Part shown: piece after piece, positions 10,016 through 20,261 of the stretch | How positions within the stretch are numbered: position 1 is the first letter of the stretch | Layout: each line of letters opens with the position of its first letter | From: Octopus bimaculoides | Taxonomy: Eukaryota | NCBI RefSeq assembly: GCF_001194135.2 | Contig: NC_068983.1 | Coordinates: forward strand, 369,792-415,100 | Length of the DNA stretch: 45,309 nt | Direction of reading: 5' to 3' | Made by a program: the position numbers and the translations under genes | Notes under the pieces: model-generated | Seen by the model: the letters and a program-made list of their open reading frames with translations, nothing else | Databases searched by the model: none | What the model was told of the DNA's origin: nothing

Positions 10016-10557
10016 TATTCCGTCTTCTTATTTGAGCTCTGTCTGTCATGGCTGTGAGGTACTGCTCCCGTTGTTCTTCATTCATATTTGTCTGCCTTCC
10101 TTGATATCTCATTCCCATATTTTGAAGATATTTTCTGTGTTTCATCTTCTTCCATATTTTACCTTCTTTCTTGAACTCTGCTTCTTATATCTTGAAGGTA
10201 ATTCTGCCTTTCATCTTTTTCCATATTTTTCCTTTTTTCTTGAACTCTGTTTCTCATATTTTCCAAGTACAGCTGCCTTTGCTTTTGACTCATGTCTTCT
10301 CGATTCTGTTAATCTCCATCTCTCTTATTTTGCAAATACTCTTCTCCGTGGCCCTGGCTCATTTGTTCTATTCTTTGCTGATTTCTTTCCCTCCTACCCC
10401 GTAGGAGAAGCTCCCTCTCCTCTTGGCTTATTTCGTTTCTTCTCTGTCTCATCCTCGCGCGATTTTGATTCTTTATTTCCCCCCGCTTTTCCTCGAACGA
10501 CCATTCTATCTTTCTACGCTGACGCTCTCGTGCGGTGTCACTCATGCGAATATCCAT
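10015..10557 (-). pseudogene. Decayed ORF of 23-aa tandem repeats (STPR-like; possibly a Helitron-protein N-terminus)
   Basis: 69-bp units at 10141 and 10210 translate on the minus strand to RQNYLQDIRSRVQERR*NMEEDE and RQLYLENMRNRVQEKRKNMEKDE; flanking units keep the same period; two stops and one frameshift. Confidence 0.6.
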
Positions 10558-10935
10558 ATTTTAAAACAATAAGTCTCCAAAATGATTCAGAGTGTTTCAT
10601 TTGAAAAACGTAAACGAATGTATTAGACAGCTTTTGCTTAAAAGGCGAAAACTTTTCTGAAATACCTAATATGCAAGGACACAGCATATAGGATACAGTA
10701 TTAAATTATCTTGTAGAAAAGTAAGAGTAGCATCCAATTATAATGTAGAAAAGTGAAAGTTCTATCCAATATTGGCTGAAGATCCCGTATATAGAATATG
10801 GTAATTAATTATATTGTAGGAAAGTAAAAGTAACATCCAATATTTGCTGTGGTTATGAATCTGTCTGCTCTGAAAAATAATGAGAAACATTTAAAAACAC
10901 AAAACGAACGCCACCTTCCTTTCAGCTACCACTCA

Positions 10936-10949
10936 CTCTCTCTCTCTCA

Positions 10950-10996
<47 letters not shown>

Positions 10997-11093
10997 CTCT
11001 CGCTTTACCGCTCACTTCAAGTATATCTTCTCTGCTTGAAACCTTTAATCTCCCTTCAAATGTAGAAAAGTAACAGTAACATCCACAGGCATT

Positions 11094-11137
<44 letters not shown>

Positions 11138-11220
11138 TGAGAGAACGTGTGTGTGAGAGAGAGGCAGACAAGACAGTAATTGTCAGACAGACAGACAGAC
11201 AGACAGACATATAGATAGAT
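10936..11220. repeat. (CT)n, (GA)n and (GACA)n microsatellites
   Basis: Direct inspection. Confidence 0.9.
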
Positions 11221-11639
11221 AGGCAACACATCTTTTTACAATTACCGTATTTCCATATATCGTCCAAAACGAAATGTTTTCCTCTGTTTTCTCTATGAGA
11301 ATGGTTTTATTTTCTTTCACAATTATTCTCCTTCCATTCCCTTCTTTCACTCAATCTATCTTTCCAAACCTCTATGTATCTTCTCCTCCCTTCCCTCTCC
11401 TTCCTCTATGTCTTCTTGCCTCTCACCGCCCTCCTGCGTTTACTTTAGTCGAGAAAATCGACCTCCAGACTTATACCCTGTAAGCCTTGTGCTTATTCTA
11501 TCAGTCTCTTCCGCCGAATCGCTAACTTACGGAGCCGCAAACACACCAACATCGGTTGTCAAGCAGTGGTGGTGGTGGGACAAACACAGAAACAAACACG
11601 CACATATAAATACACACACACACACGTATATATATTTAT

Positions 11640-11721
11640 AGATGACGGGATTGTTTCAGTTTCCGTCTACGAAATCCACTCACAAGGTTTTGGTCGGCCC
11701 GAGGCTGTAGTAGAAGGCACT
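11640..11721 (-). mobile_element. SINE fragment, family C
   Basis: Reverse complement gccttctactacagcctcgggccgaccaaaaccttgtgagtggatttcgtagacggaaactgaaac matches the copy at 23091-23245. Confidence 0.75.
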
Positions 11722-12029
11722 CTGTAAAGCATAGAGTTGAATTTCCTGTAGATCCCTGTTGGCAGCTTTTCTCCCCCACCCATTTTGTAGGGGATATTAC
11801 CCATTTTCCTGGGCTCTTCTCCGTTCGAAATTTGCATTAGGTTTTGCACGACAAAAGAAGGAAGGGTTGGTGGGGGGGGGGGGCTTGTTTGTTGTTTGTA
11901 GAGAAAATGTTACACGTGCCTGAAAAATAAAACATAGTCCTTCCCCCCAACTAAAAGACATGATGAACTATCAAACAAGGCGAATAAGTATCGGGGGGTA
12001 TGTGGGGGGAAAGAAGCAGAAGCTTCTTC

Positions 12030-12327
12030 GTCGTAACCGGCCAAAGGAAGGCGGAGGGGCGATCTTCACGATGGACTCGGCTGATAACCGGATCCGTCTT
12101 ACCCGCGACAACAGCTGATCCACAAAGCTTCACAAGTCAGTAATGCACGGACACTGGACGAGTTTCGCTGGACGATTTCGTAGCCCTGGGCACTCCTCGG
12201 ACAGGTCCGTCCGACAGTACTTTCGTGCCTGTAGAGCTTGTTTTGAACCGGCAGAGCAACCCGGTAGCACTGCCAGGCCAGGGATTTCTGGAAATTATCC
12301 ATAGGCCCTGGCCCGGATGTTCTCCGG
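12030..12327 (-). mobile_element. Tx1/L1-group LINE ORF2 C-terminal fragment
   Basis: MDNFQKSLAWQCYRVALPVQNKLYRH...TCPR and DQLLSRVRRIRLSAESIVKIAPP align by eye with LDNFQKSVAWQCYRGALPVRDKLTRH and EQLLSSAGRVQLATESIVKIDPP at 38550-38810. Confidence 0.85.
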
Positions 12328-12330
12328 AAA

Positions 12331-12344
12331 TGATGATGATGATG

Positions 12345-12411
<67 letters not shown>
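12331..12411. repeat. (ATG)n/(ATA)n microsatellite (tail of the adjacent minus-strand SINE)
   Basis: Direct inspection. Confidence 0.9.
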
Positions 12412-12413
<2 letters not shown>

Positions 12414-12680
12414 GTTTCAAACTTTTACACAAGGCCTCAAATTTTGGGAGAGGTTTTTGTCGACTATAGTTCTCGACTGCTATATTTTCAGAGACTCCGA
12501 AATAGGAAAGTAAAGTTGACCTAAGCGGAATTTGAACGGAGGAAATATCATAAAGCAATTTGCTCGACGTGCTAACGATTCTGCCAAAAATAAAGCCCAT
12601 TAAAGTTGACCTGGGCGGGATTTGAACTCAAAGTGCAAAAAGTTGGGACAAATATCACGAAACATTTTATCCGACGTGTT
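12412..12680 (-). mobile_element. Family A SINE plus a second partial head
   Basis: aaggcctcaaattttggg...aaagttgacctaagcggaatttgaac...gctaacgattctgcca, then a repeat of aaagttgacctgggcgggatttgaactca at ~12602. Confidence 0.75.
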
Positions 12681-12969
12681 TTTCTGTTATCCATATCTCT
12701 CTGATTTTAACTTCCTGTTACGAGTGAGACATCTACACTTCCAGCGAGACTATAACATGGTAAGCTGCGATAAACAATGCACCTCTGAATTTTTGTAAGT
12801 TAGTCGTGATGGCCATCACCAAATTGGGAATATTCGACTCAGTGACAGAACGACAGTTGCTATTTCTCTTCACTTATGTTGCTAATTAAGTGTTGTAAAC
12901 TAACGCTATCGTTAGAGTTGTTAAATGTAACGTATTCAACTCTTAATTTTGTGGAAACAATGTTAACAA

Positions 12970-13730
12970 AATACCAATATTGAGAAATTAGGCTTCTCAA
13001 AACCGGAAAAGAGAAAACTAATTCGAAGATTATAGATCCAATCCATCACTAGAACTGTAAAAATCTGTAAAACATTCCGGAAGTTTATCATTTGAATATA
13101 TACGAGCATGTCTAGATATGCAACTATTTGTTGGCACTCCGTCGATTGCGACGACGAGGGTTCCAGTTGATTCGATCAACGGAACAGCCTGCTCGTGAAA
13201 TTAACGTTCAAGTGGCTGAGTACTCCACAGACACGTGTACTCTTAACGTAGTTCTCGGGGATATTCAGCGTGACACAGTGTGACAAGGCTGACCCTTTGA
13301 ATTACAGGCACAACAGAAACAGGAAGTATGAGTGAGAGAAAGTTGTGGTGAAAGAGTACAGCAGGGTTCACCACCATCCCCTGCCGGAGCCTCGTGGAGC
13401 TTTAGGTGTTTTCGCTCAATAAACACTCACAACGCCCGGTCTGGGAATCGAAACCGCGATCCTATGACTGCAAGTCCGCTGCTCTAACCACTGGGCCATT
13501 GCGCCTCCACGGTATATGCAACTATATGCATGAGAATACATGCATAAAACATACAAATCTTCACGTATACATACATGCGTGCATGCATACATACATACAT
13601 ACATGCATACATACATACAAAAATACCCTGTTGATGTTGAAAGTTCAATGAAGGAGCCTTGGGCCTAGATTAGCAACCGGCTCTTTCTCTATTGGCAAGA
13701 AATCTTGAAATAAAAGGAACAATGACATAC
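12970..13730 (+). mobile_element. RLE LINE family 2, extreme 3' end and 3' UTR, split by a SINE
   Basis: 12970-13127 is highly similar to 7019-7165 (gagaaattaggcttctcaaaacc...ctgtaaaacattcc); it resumes at 13514 with the same UTR and TACA repeats. Confidence 0.88.
13128..13513 (-). mobile_element. Full-length tRNA-derived SINE, family D, with 12-bp TSD
   Basis: Minus-strand head gtggaggcgcaatggcccagtggttagagc...ggtttcgattccc; TSD atatgcaactat at 13116-13127 and 13514-13525. Confidence 0.92.
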
Positions 13731-13870
13731 ATACTCGGTTTCACGGAAAAAGAGCAAAGGAAACTGATTCGGATTCCCCTGATCCGATCCATTAGTGGGA
13801 CAGTGAAGATTTGTAAGACATTCCCAAAATTCTCTATGTGCGATTCTTATGTGAATAAATGTAGACATCT
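13731..13870 (+). mobile_element. Second, more diverged family 2 LINE 3' end
   Basis: ILGFTEKEQRKLIRIPLIRSISGTVKICKTFPKF versus LGFSKPERRKLIRRLQIQSITGTVKICKTFQF at 7040-7135. Confidence 0.75.
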
Positions 13871-16153
13871 GGGCGTAGACATCGATAGTTCAGCGAGCAG
13901 TCCAACTCAACCACATATTCACAAAAGCTGGAAACTCTCTTAATTCAAAATGTGTTGTTGCTTTGTTAGCGACCGGCTTGAACTTTCTCAGGAAGAACTT
14001 AATATGCAACCAAGACAATAGAAGTCTGTAATTCGAAAAACAAATAGAAAAAACAAAAAACAAAAAAAAATCTTGTGTACTGTTGAAAGGAATATTCCAG
14101 GAAAATTTAGTTTTTCTGAAGAATGGTTATAAAATGTAACAGTTGTAAGATAGTCTTCTACCAAAGCAAAATTACTGGAACTTGTTGGTGTTGTGGTGTA
14201 GAGATATTGCATATTTTAAGTATTCCGACCAAATGTTACTACAAACGTAAACCATCTTTCACTGTAAATCTTTTAGACTTCCCCAATATCAAACGACTAC
14301 CATCGTTTGTCAGCAAACAACAGTAATAGTTAGATTAAAAAGAAAATTACCATGACGCTTGATTTCTTTCTTTTATTTTCTTAAGGAACACAACTAGATA
14401 TTTTCTTGAACAGAAAGGTATCTACACGAAAAGCGGTTGGCTTCCTGCCAATTGGTGAATATAATGAATGGTTTTTGGAGTTATCTTCACTGATACATGA
14501 ATAATGGAGTGTGGCTGACATTGAAAATGGAACAAAAGACGAATCCAGCTGAAACTCCGACCATTTTCAAAATCATGAATAGCAAGAAAAGCGGCGATAT
14601 CGACCAATTCTTTTGATCATATTCTTTAAAATGGAATATAAGTTTAGATAATTAATGGCTCATGCAGAACACGTCAGCTCCCAGTTTACATGGCGGTGAT
14701 CAGCGAGAATATTAATTCAAAGGAAATTAAGATCTCGAAGCGACCACATAGAGTTTGTTGAGCAAGTCTTTTGACAGAAGCACTTTAAGCCATGACGTCT
14801 GATAGTGAAAGTGAAGTTACGGTTGAGGAACAGAAGAAACTGTTTACTTACAATCCGAGTTCAATTCCCGCCGGGGTGAATTTGATTTTTTAAAAATGAT
14901 TTGGGCTCGATAATTACCTGTAGTATACTGGTGTCTATAAGTAACTGTGATATACGAGTGTCTACAAGTACTCGTAATATACTGGTGTAGATTCAATGTT
15001 GGAATTTGATATTAGAATATGACGTCAGAAAGTACAGAAACAGCAGAGTAGCTGAACGTTTAATGAAGTTATTATAAATAGAACCCAAGGCATGCTGGGA
15101 AATGATTATATATTCATTTCCCCGTATGCTTTGAGCTCAAACCTCTGTAAGTTAACTCAGTTTTCATGTTGTTAACCAGCAAACAGCCAGATGGGGGTAG
15201 TTTATCTGAGCCACTGATTAAACCAGTGTCCTGTTCCTCACCTAAGAATGGTGCCGTCCATCAAATGGTCTCCCACAAATTCCTCTTCTAGCTTTGGATT
15301 GGCCCAACATTATTCTAGAAACATTTTCTCATTTCCATAATGTCTCTATACACGGGTATAAACTATTTTAATCATTGTATAGTGTATCCCAGATCTGCAT
15401 GCATATATAATCCTACACTTGACTTCAAAGTTGTAATTATCTCTGGACCAATTAACCGTTGTCTACTGATAATTACAACGTCTGTGATTGTTGTGTCCAA
15501 GATGTGCCTGTAGCTACACCTTAGTATTACTTATAATTAATGACAACATACTAAACATTGATGTCCTTTACCCTCCGTAATGTTACAATATGTCTCTTAA
15601 AGTCACACATCATCTTCAACACCAGCGATATATATTTCTGACTCTACTAATCTGGGAATTCTGGTTTTCTACACTAATCCCTTGTACTCCTACAAAACCA
15701 GTCCATGTAACGTACCCATTTCACAAAGTTCCGTTTAATGTCACCAATATTTTTCAGCAGAAACGTAGTGAAATTAAGTTGGAATATCGCCAATCTGATT
15801 GTCGAAGCAGAGCAAGTGGCACTGAGTTGGAAGGGTTAGCTATCTCTCAACAGAAATGTATCAGGACTGTATCGTATTATACCCTTCGGAACAAAGGAAA
15901 AAACAAATGTTCCAGGCTGATCTGAGACCTTACTGTCGTCTCTGGCAATAATGTACAAAGTAAAGTTTAGACAGAAATGGAAGATTATTCCCTTTTCTAC
16001 TTCTCTACTGAAAGGTTTATATGTTTGTTTGTCATAGAGTTCAATGCATTGTTTATAGAGCAGTTATATGGCCGTGGAGCTGTAGTTAATAGAAAGGTTT
16101 TAGTAATTATAGTAATTATAGTAACTAAAGCCGTCAATATTATCTGACGGAGA

Positions 16154-16352
16154 AGGCGGCTAGCTGGGGCAGACTCGTTAGCAAGTCGGGCAAAATGCTT
16201 AATGGCATTTCGTCCGTCTTTAAGTTCTAAGTTCACATTCCGCCGAGGTTGAATTTACCTTTCATCATTGCGGGGTCGATAAAATATTGGGTCGATGTAA
16301 TCGACTCATCCACTCCCCTGAACTTGCTGGCCTTGTGCCAAAATTTGAAACC
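16154..16352 (+). mobile_element. Family A SINE
   Basis: aggcggctagctgg...gttctaagttcacattccgccgagg...ggccttgtgccaaaatttgaaac; a weaker partial copy follows at ~16405-16480. Confidence 0.85.
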
Positions 16353-17557
16353 TTTATTATCTGCTGGAGAAAGAGCTGTGGATGGTGAAGACAGAAAGTT
16401 ATAGATAAGATGCCTTGTGGTATTTACCCCCGGCTATCTACGTTCTGAGTTCTAATCCGGCTTAAGTGAGTCTTATATTTTACTCTTCCTGCCAATAAGG
16501 TTACTTTGGAGTATTGGAAATTAATTAACTTCACGATAATCTTTCTTTAATGTCTTGGATCAAACTCATTATCTCATCTTTTGAGAGGATCGGTCGTTTT
16601 CTCCGCTGTTAACTGAATGTTATTATAAACGAAGATAACGGTTATGTCTAAGTAAAAAATTTGCAATGCTTAGTTATTGAAGTGTGGCAAAAATACAGTT
16701 GACTGATTGAAGTACAATCGATCTCTGGTAGATATTGGATCAATTTTGAAGAGATAAAAGACAGCAAAAAAAAAACAAAAACAAAACAAAACAAAAACAG
16801 CAGCAAGATTGCCCGGAAGAATAAGAAGAAATGAAAGTAATTACAACTCTAAATACAAGATATTTAATTGGTTGAGAGATAATGATATACTTCTATTGAC
16901 TTACACAATTATGGAATAGTTTACCGTCCTTTAAGAGACATTACCAGTGACGGAAGTTAAATCTGTTTCCAATTATGGCAGGGCATTTTGTATTCGTGTT
17001 CTTTATACTCAGGCGTTATGTGATGTTACAAAGGGAATTAGCGACCATAAATGAAGAGATATAGCGATAAATAGCAATTGAAACTGGTTTGAGATGAGGA
17101 GCATTTCCTTTCAGCTGTTGTCACTTATTTTCGTATAGATGATAACATGTAATTTTCGTTATTAAGTGAGGATGAGTTTGCATCCAACTAAAGATATTCT
17201 GTCTAGTCGCAAGACTTGCAACATTATTGAAGAAATAAATCAATATTTAGGTACATTAGTAAGCTGATGTTCTCAGATCAAATTTTGAAGTAGAAACCAT
17301 TAAAAATTAAACAAAAACCTCACTTCTATAACAATTCATTTGGCTCTTTAATAAAACACTAGATAAAGATCACATTCTCAGTAAGTGAAATTAAATCCGG
17401 TCTTTTGATAGAAAATGACACCTAGCCGAGAAAAATCGATTAGCACCCGAAACTGATGATACGGTGAAGTTAATATCTATAACCGATCAACAAAGAAAGA
17501 CGTTAAATTTAGAAAATATTCGAGATATAAGGAAACACGAAACGAAGAATCAGGGTG

Positions 17558-17562
<5 letters not shown>

Positions 17563-17607
<45 letters not shown>

Positions 17608-17815
17608 GATGCTTTATCTAAGGAAACCTGAGAAACTTGGTGAAAGAGAGAAAGAGAGAGAGAGAGAGGAAGTGTGTGTGAGCGAGAGAAAGAGAGAGAG
17701 GAAGGGAGAGAGAGAGAAAGAGATATAGAGCGAGAGAGATAGAAAGAGAGAGAGAGGAAGGGAGAGAGAGAAAGAGAGATAGAAAGAGAGATAGGGAGAG
17801 AGAGAGGGAGAGCAG
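17563..17815. repeat. (GA)-rich simple repeat
   Basis: Direct inspection. Confidence 0.9.
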
Positions 17816-18083
17816 TGAGTGTAAAGATTTATTAAAACCAATTCTGTTGTTGAACCTGACACACATTCATTACTGAATATAGTTTGAAAGTTTTATTAAT
17901 TAAAATTTTGCATTAATAGAGACTGGTGAACTACAACAAGAATTAATTGGAAGAAAATGGTTTGAAATATATTTATGCAAAATATAGCGTTCATTCTTAA
18001 TTAATTTGAATGTAAAACAATCGATGAGGTACATACACTGACCAGTCGTCCGCCGCAGAATGTTGAGCAAGACCACGTTGTAA

Positions 18084-18428
18084 GATGATGATGATGATGA
18101 TGATGATGATGATAATGGAAAGTAAATACATCCGTTGTAAGGATATAAATAGAATTAGAGCGCTCACACACACACACACATACACAGACACACACACTTG
18201 TGTAAGATTGGCAGGTTTGTATAATGGTCTTTAAATGAGAATTGAAATCACTTATCAAGAATCAAAATAAATTTATTTGAATAAAAATGCAAGTACAATA
18301 CTTTGAATGATCCAGTTAGACTTGTTCTACAGCGCGCGCGCACGCACACACACACAAACACACACAAACACACACACACGCACGCACACACACACGCGCA
18401 ACACATACACACAGAAATAATAGGAATA

Positions 18429-18502
<74 letters not shown>
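18084..18502. repeat. (ATG)n and (CA)n microsatellites
   Basis: 18084-18113, 18165-18200 and 18332-18502. Confidence 0.9.
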
Positions 18503-18504
<2 letters not shown>

Positions 18505-19055
18505 ATCTTTGATTTGATTTGGTTAATCTTTTTGGATCTAAATTAATCGGGGATTTGTGCTCAATATCTTCAAAGTGCCAATAATGTCCCGACGATATTA
18601 ACTAAAAGGACAAACTGACCTGGTCAATCAAAATCATCCTTATTTTAAACTTGAAGACCTGTAAAATACGGGTTTATTAAATACTTTATCGCTGTTTAAG
18701 ATAGAATACAGAAAGAATTATTTTTGGATCTAGAACAGTTTATAAGATCTGAGGTATGTGATTTAGAAAATTGAAAGAATTCAAGGAAATTCCTGAGTTG
18801 TTTTGAAGTGGTACATCTTCAGTTAGGGTAGAGTTACATTTAAGAAATATTTATGGAATTTAAATCCCAATCGAAAGTCTACTAGTCGAATTGATATTCA
18901 AAACAAGAAAATTCAGAAACACTTCTAAGATTTTAAAGGAGGAATATTTTCCTACCTTGAAATCATTTATTGATTTACTTTTATAAAACATGGAGACGGA
19001 TTTCAAAAGTAAGCGTGTAAAGAATGATTCTAGATATGTCGACCTTCCCCCTCAC

Positions 19056-19107
19056 CGCACTCTGCAGTGTAAGTATTGACTTCGGATGCAGATTTCTCTT
19101 AAAATAA
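19056..19107 (-). CDS. Candidate 52-nt exon of an unidentified host gene
   Basis: Minus strand tttcttcctccattaacatgcag|...gagtgcg|gtgagg; two frames are open. Splice-signal evidence only. Confidence 0.25.
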
Positions 19108-19570
19108 CTGCATGTTAATGGAGGAAGAAATTCTTCTACTTCGGTAACTAAATAGGGTTACTTTAGTTGTGCAAAACAACTGTCAGATGAGATTTGGAAA
19201 CTAAAAACAACCAAGATTGGTTTCTGACGCCGGGGTGTTTCCTGAAAAGGTGTGACGGAGACGAAAATAAAAGCAAGACTACTTATATAAGATTTCTATT
19301 AGTTTTGTAGACTTAGCAGCTCTAGAAGCAAGTCGAAAAATTTTGATATTGTTTAACGTCCAAAAGGAATAAAATACGTGAAAGAAAGAGAGATCGAGTG
19401 GGGAAGTGGATGAGCTGCAAAAGACACTGAAAAATGAAATTTGTTCTAGATTTCAGATGACATCGTATGCAATTATTATTTTCTCTCTGATTATATTTTA
19501 AAGACAGTTGTACGGGATCTTCCACAAATTTAACCTGGAAAACTTTTCACAATATTAAAGGTTTTGACTC

Positions 19571-19780
19571 GGCGCTGAGCTGGCAGAATCATTAGCACGT
19601 CGGGCAAAGTATTTAACGGCATAGCGTCCATCTGTACGTTCTGAGTTCAAATTCCGCCGAGGTGGACTTTGCCTTTCAACTTTCTGGAGGTCGATAAAAT
19701 AAGTAACAGCTGGACACTGGAATCAATATAATCCCTCCCCCGAAATTGCTGGCCTTGTGCCAAAACTTGTAACCAACATT
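19571..19780 (+). mobile_element. Family A SINE
   Basis: ggcgctgagctggcagaatcattagc...gagttcaaattccgccgagg...ggccttgtgccaaaa. Confidence 0.85.
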
Positions 19781-20233
19781 ATTAGTTATTCAACATAGTA
19801 TTTAAAAAAAATATTTATTCCGATCACAAAGTAAAAACTTTCCTTCCAACTATTTAATCTCCAAAATAAACATCAAACTTATCTCAAAATCTATTTATTA
19901 TTCATTAAACTTAAAGCTACAGTTCGCAACTAACAACTTAATATTGGAAGCAGGAATCATAGGGAAAGCAACTTGGTTCTCGAATATCTAAAATCACGAA
20001 TTGGCTGTTTGAAATAATAAATACATTGAAGAGTAGTCATAGAAGTTTTTGTTTTCTTTTTATCTCATAGAGTAGGTGTATGGCATTTAAAAGCCTATAA
20101 CAAGAACCAGTTGTATTTCCCGTTGGAGCCAAACAATGTTTTACACAAAGAAAGCACAAAATCTGATATGAGATTCTTAGTTAACATTGTGTCCACTGAA
20201 CTTCTAGGTTTCTCCAGTGTTCCAGTTACTTAC

Positions 20234-20261
20234 AGACAACACCAGGTTCTTTATCGTTGAA
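20234..20261 (-). CDS. Candidate 28-nt micro-exon
   Basis: Minus strand aaatttcag|ttcaacgataaagaacctggtgttgtct|gtaagt; reads FNDKEPGVV in frame 0. Splice-signal evidence only. Confidence 0.25.

Noticed and set aside
10032-10604. 190-aa plus-strand F/L/S-rich ORF as a membrane protein
   Set aside because: It is the antisense of the purine-rich 69-bp repeat ORF.
13420-13513. tRNA-like sequence (also at 9200-9272 and the family A heads)
   Set aside because: A and B boxes are present, but each continues into a SINE body with a tail or TSD and lacks a complete acceptor stem; these are SINE heads, not tRNA genes.
14385-17100. Several AG-initiated short open frames (about 14386, 15778 and 17013 on plus; 15242-15314 on minus)
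   Set aside because: Weak or missing donors, early stops and no homology recognised; expected by chance in AT-rich DNA.
17452-17510. Other CTGANGA words (10786, 17453, 25645, 30693 minus, 23560 minus)
   Set aside because: No correctly placed stem II plus GAAA plus NUH follows any of them.
18990-19068. Plus-strand ATG exon METDFKSKRVKNDSRYVDLPPHRTLQ followed by gtaagt
   Set aside because: No recognisable product or partner exon, and it overlaps the competing minus-strand exon candidate; cannot be decided from sequence.
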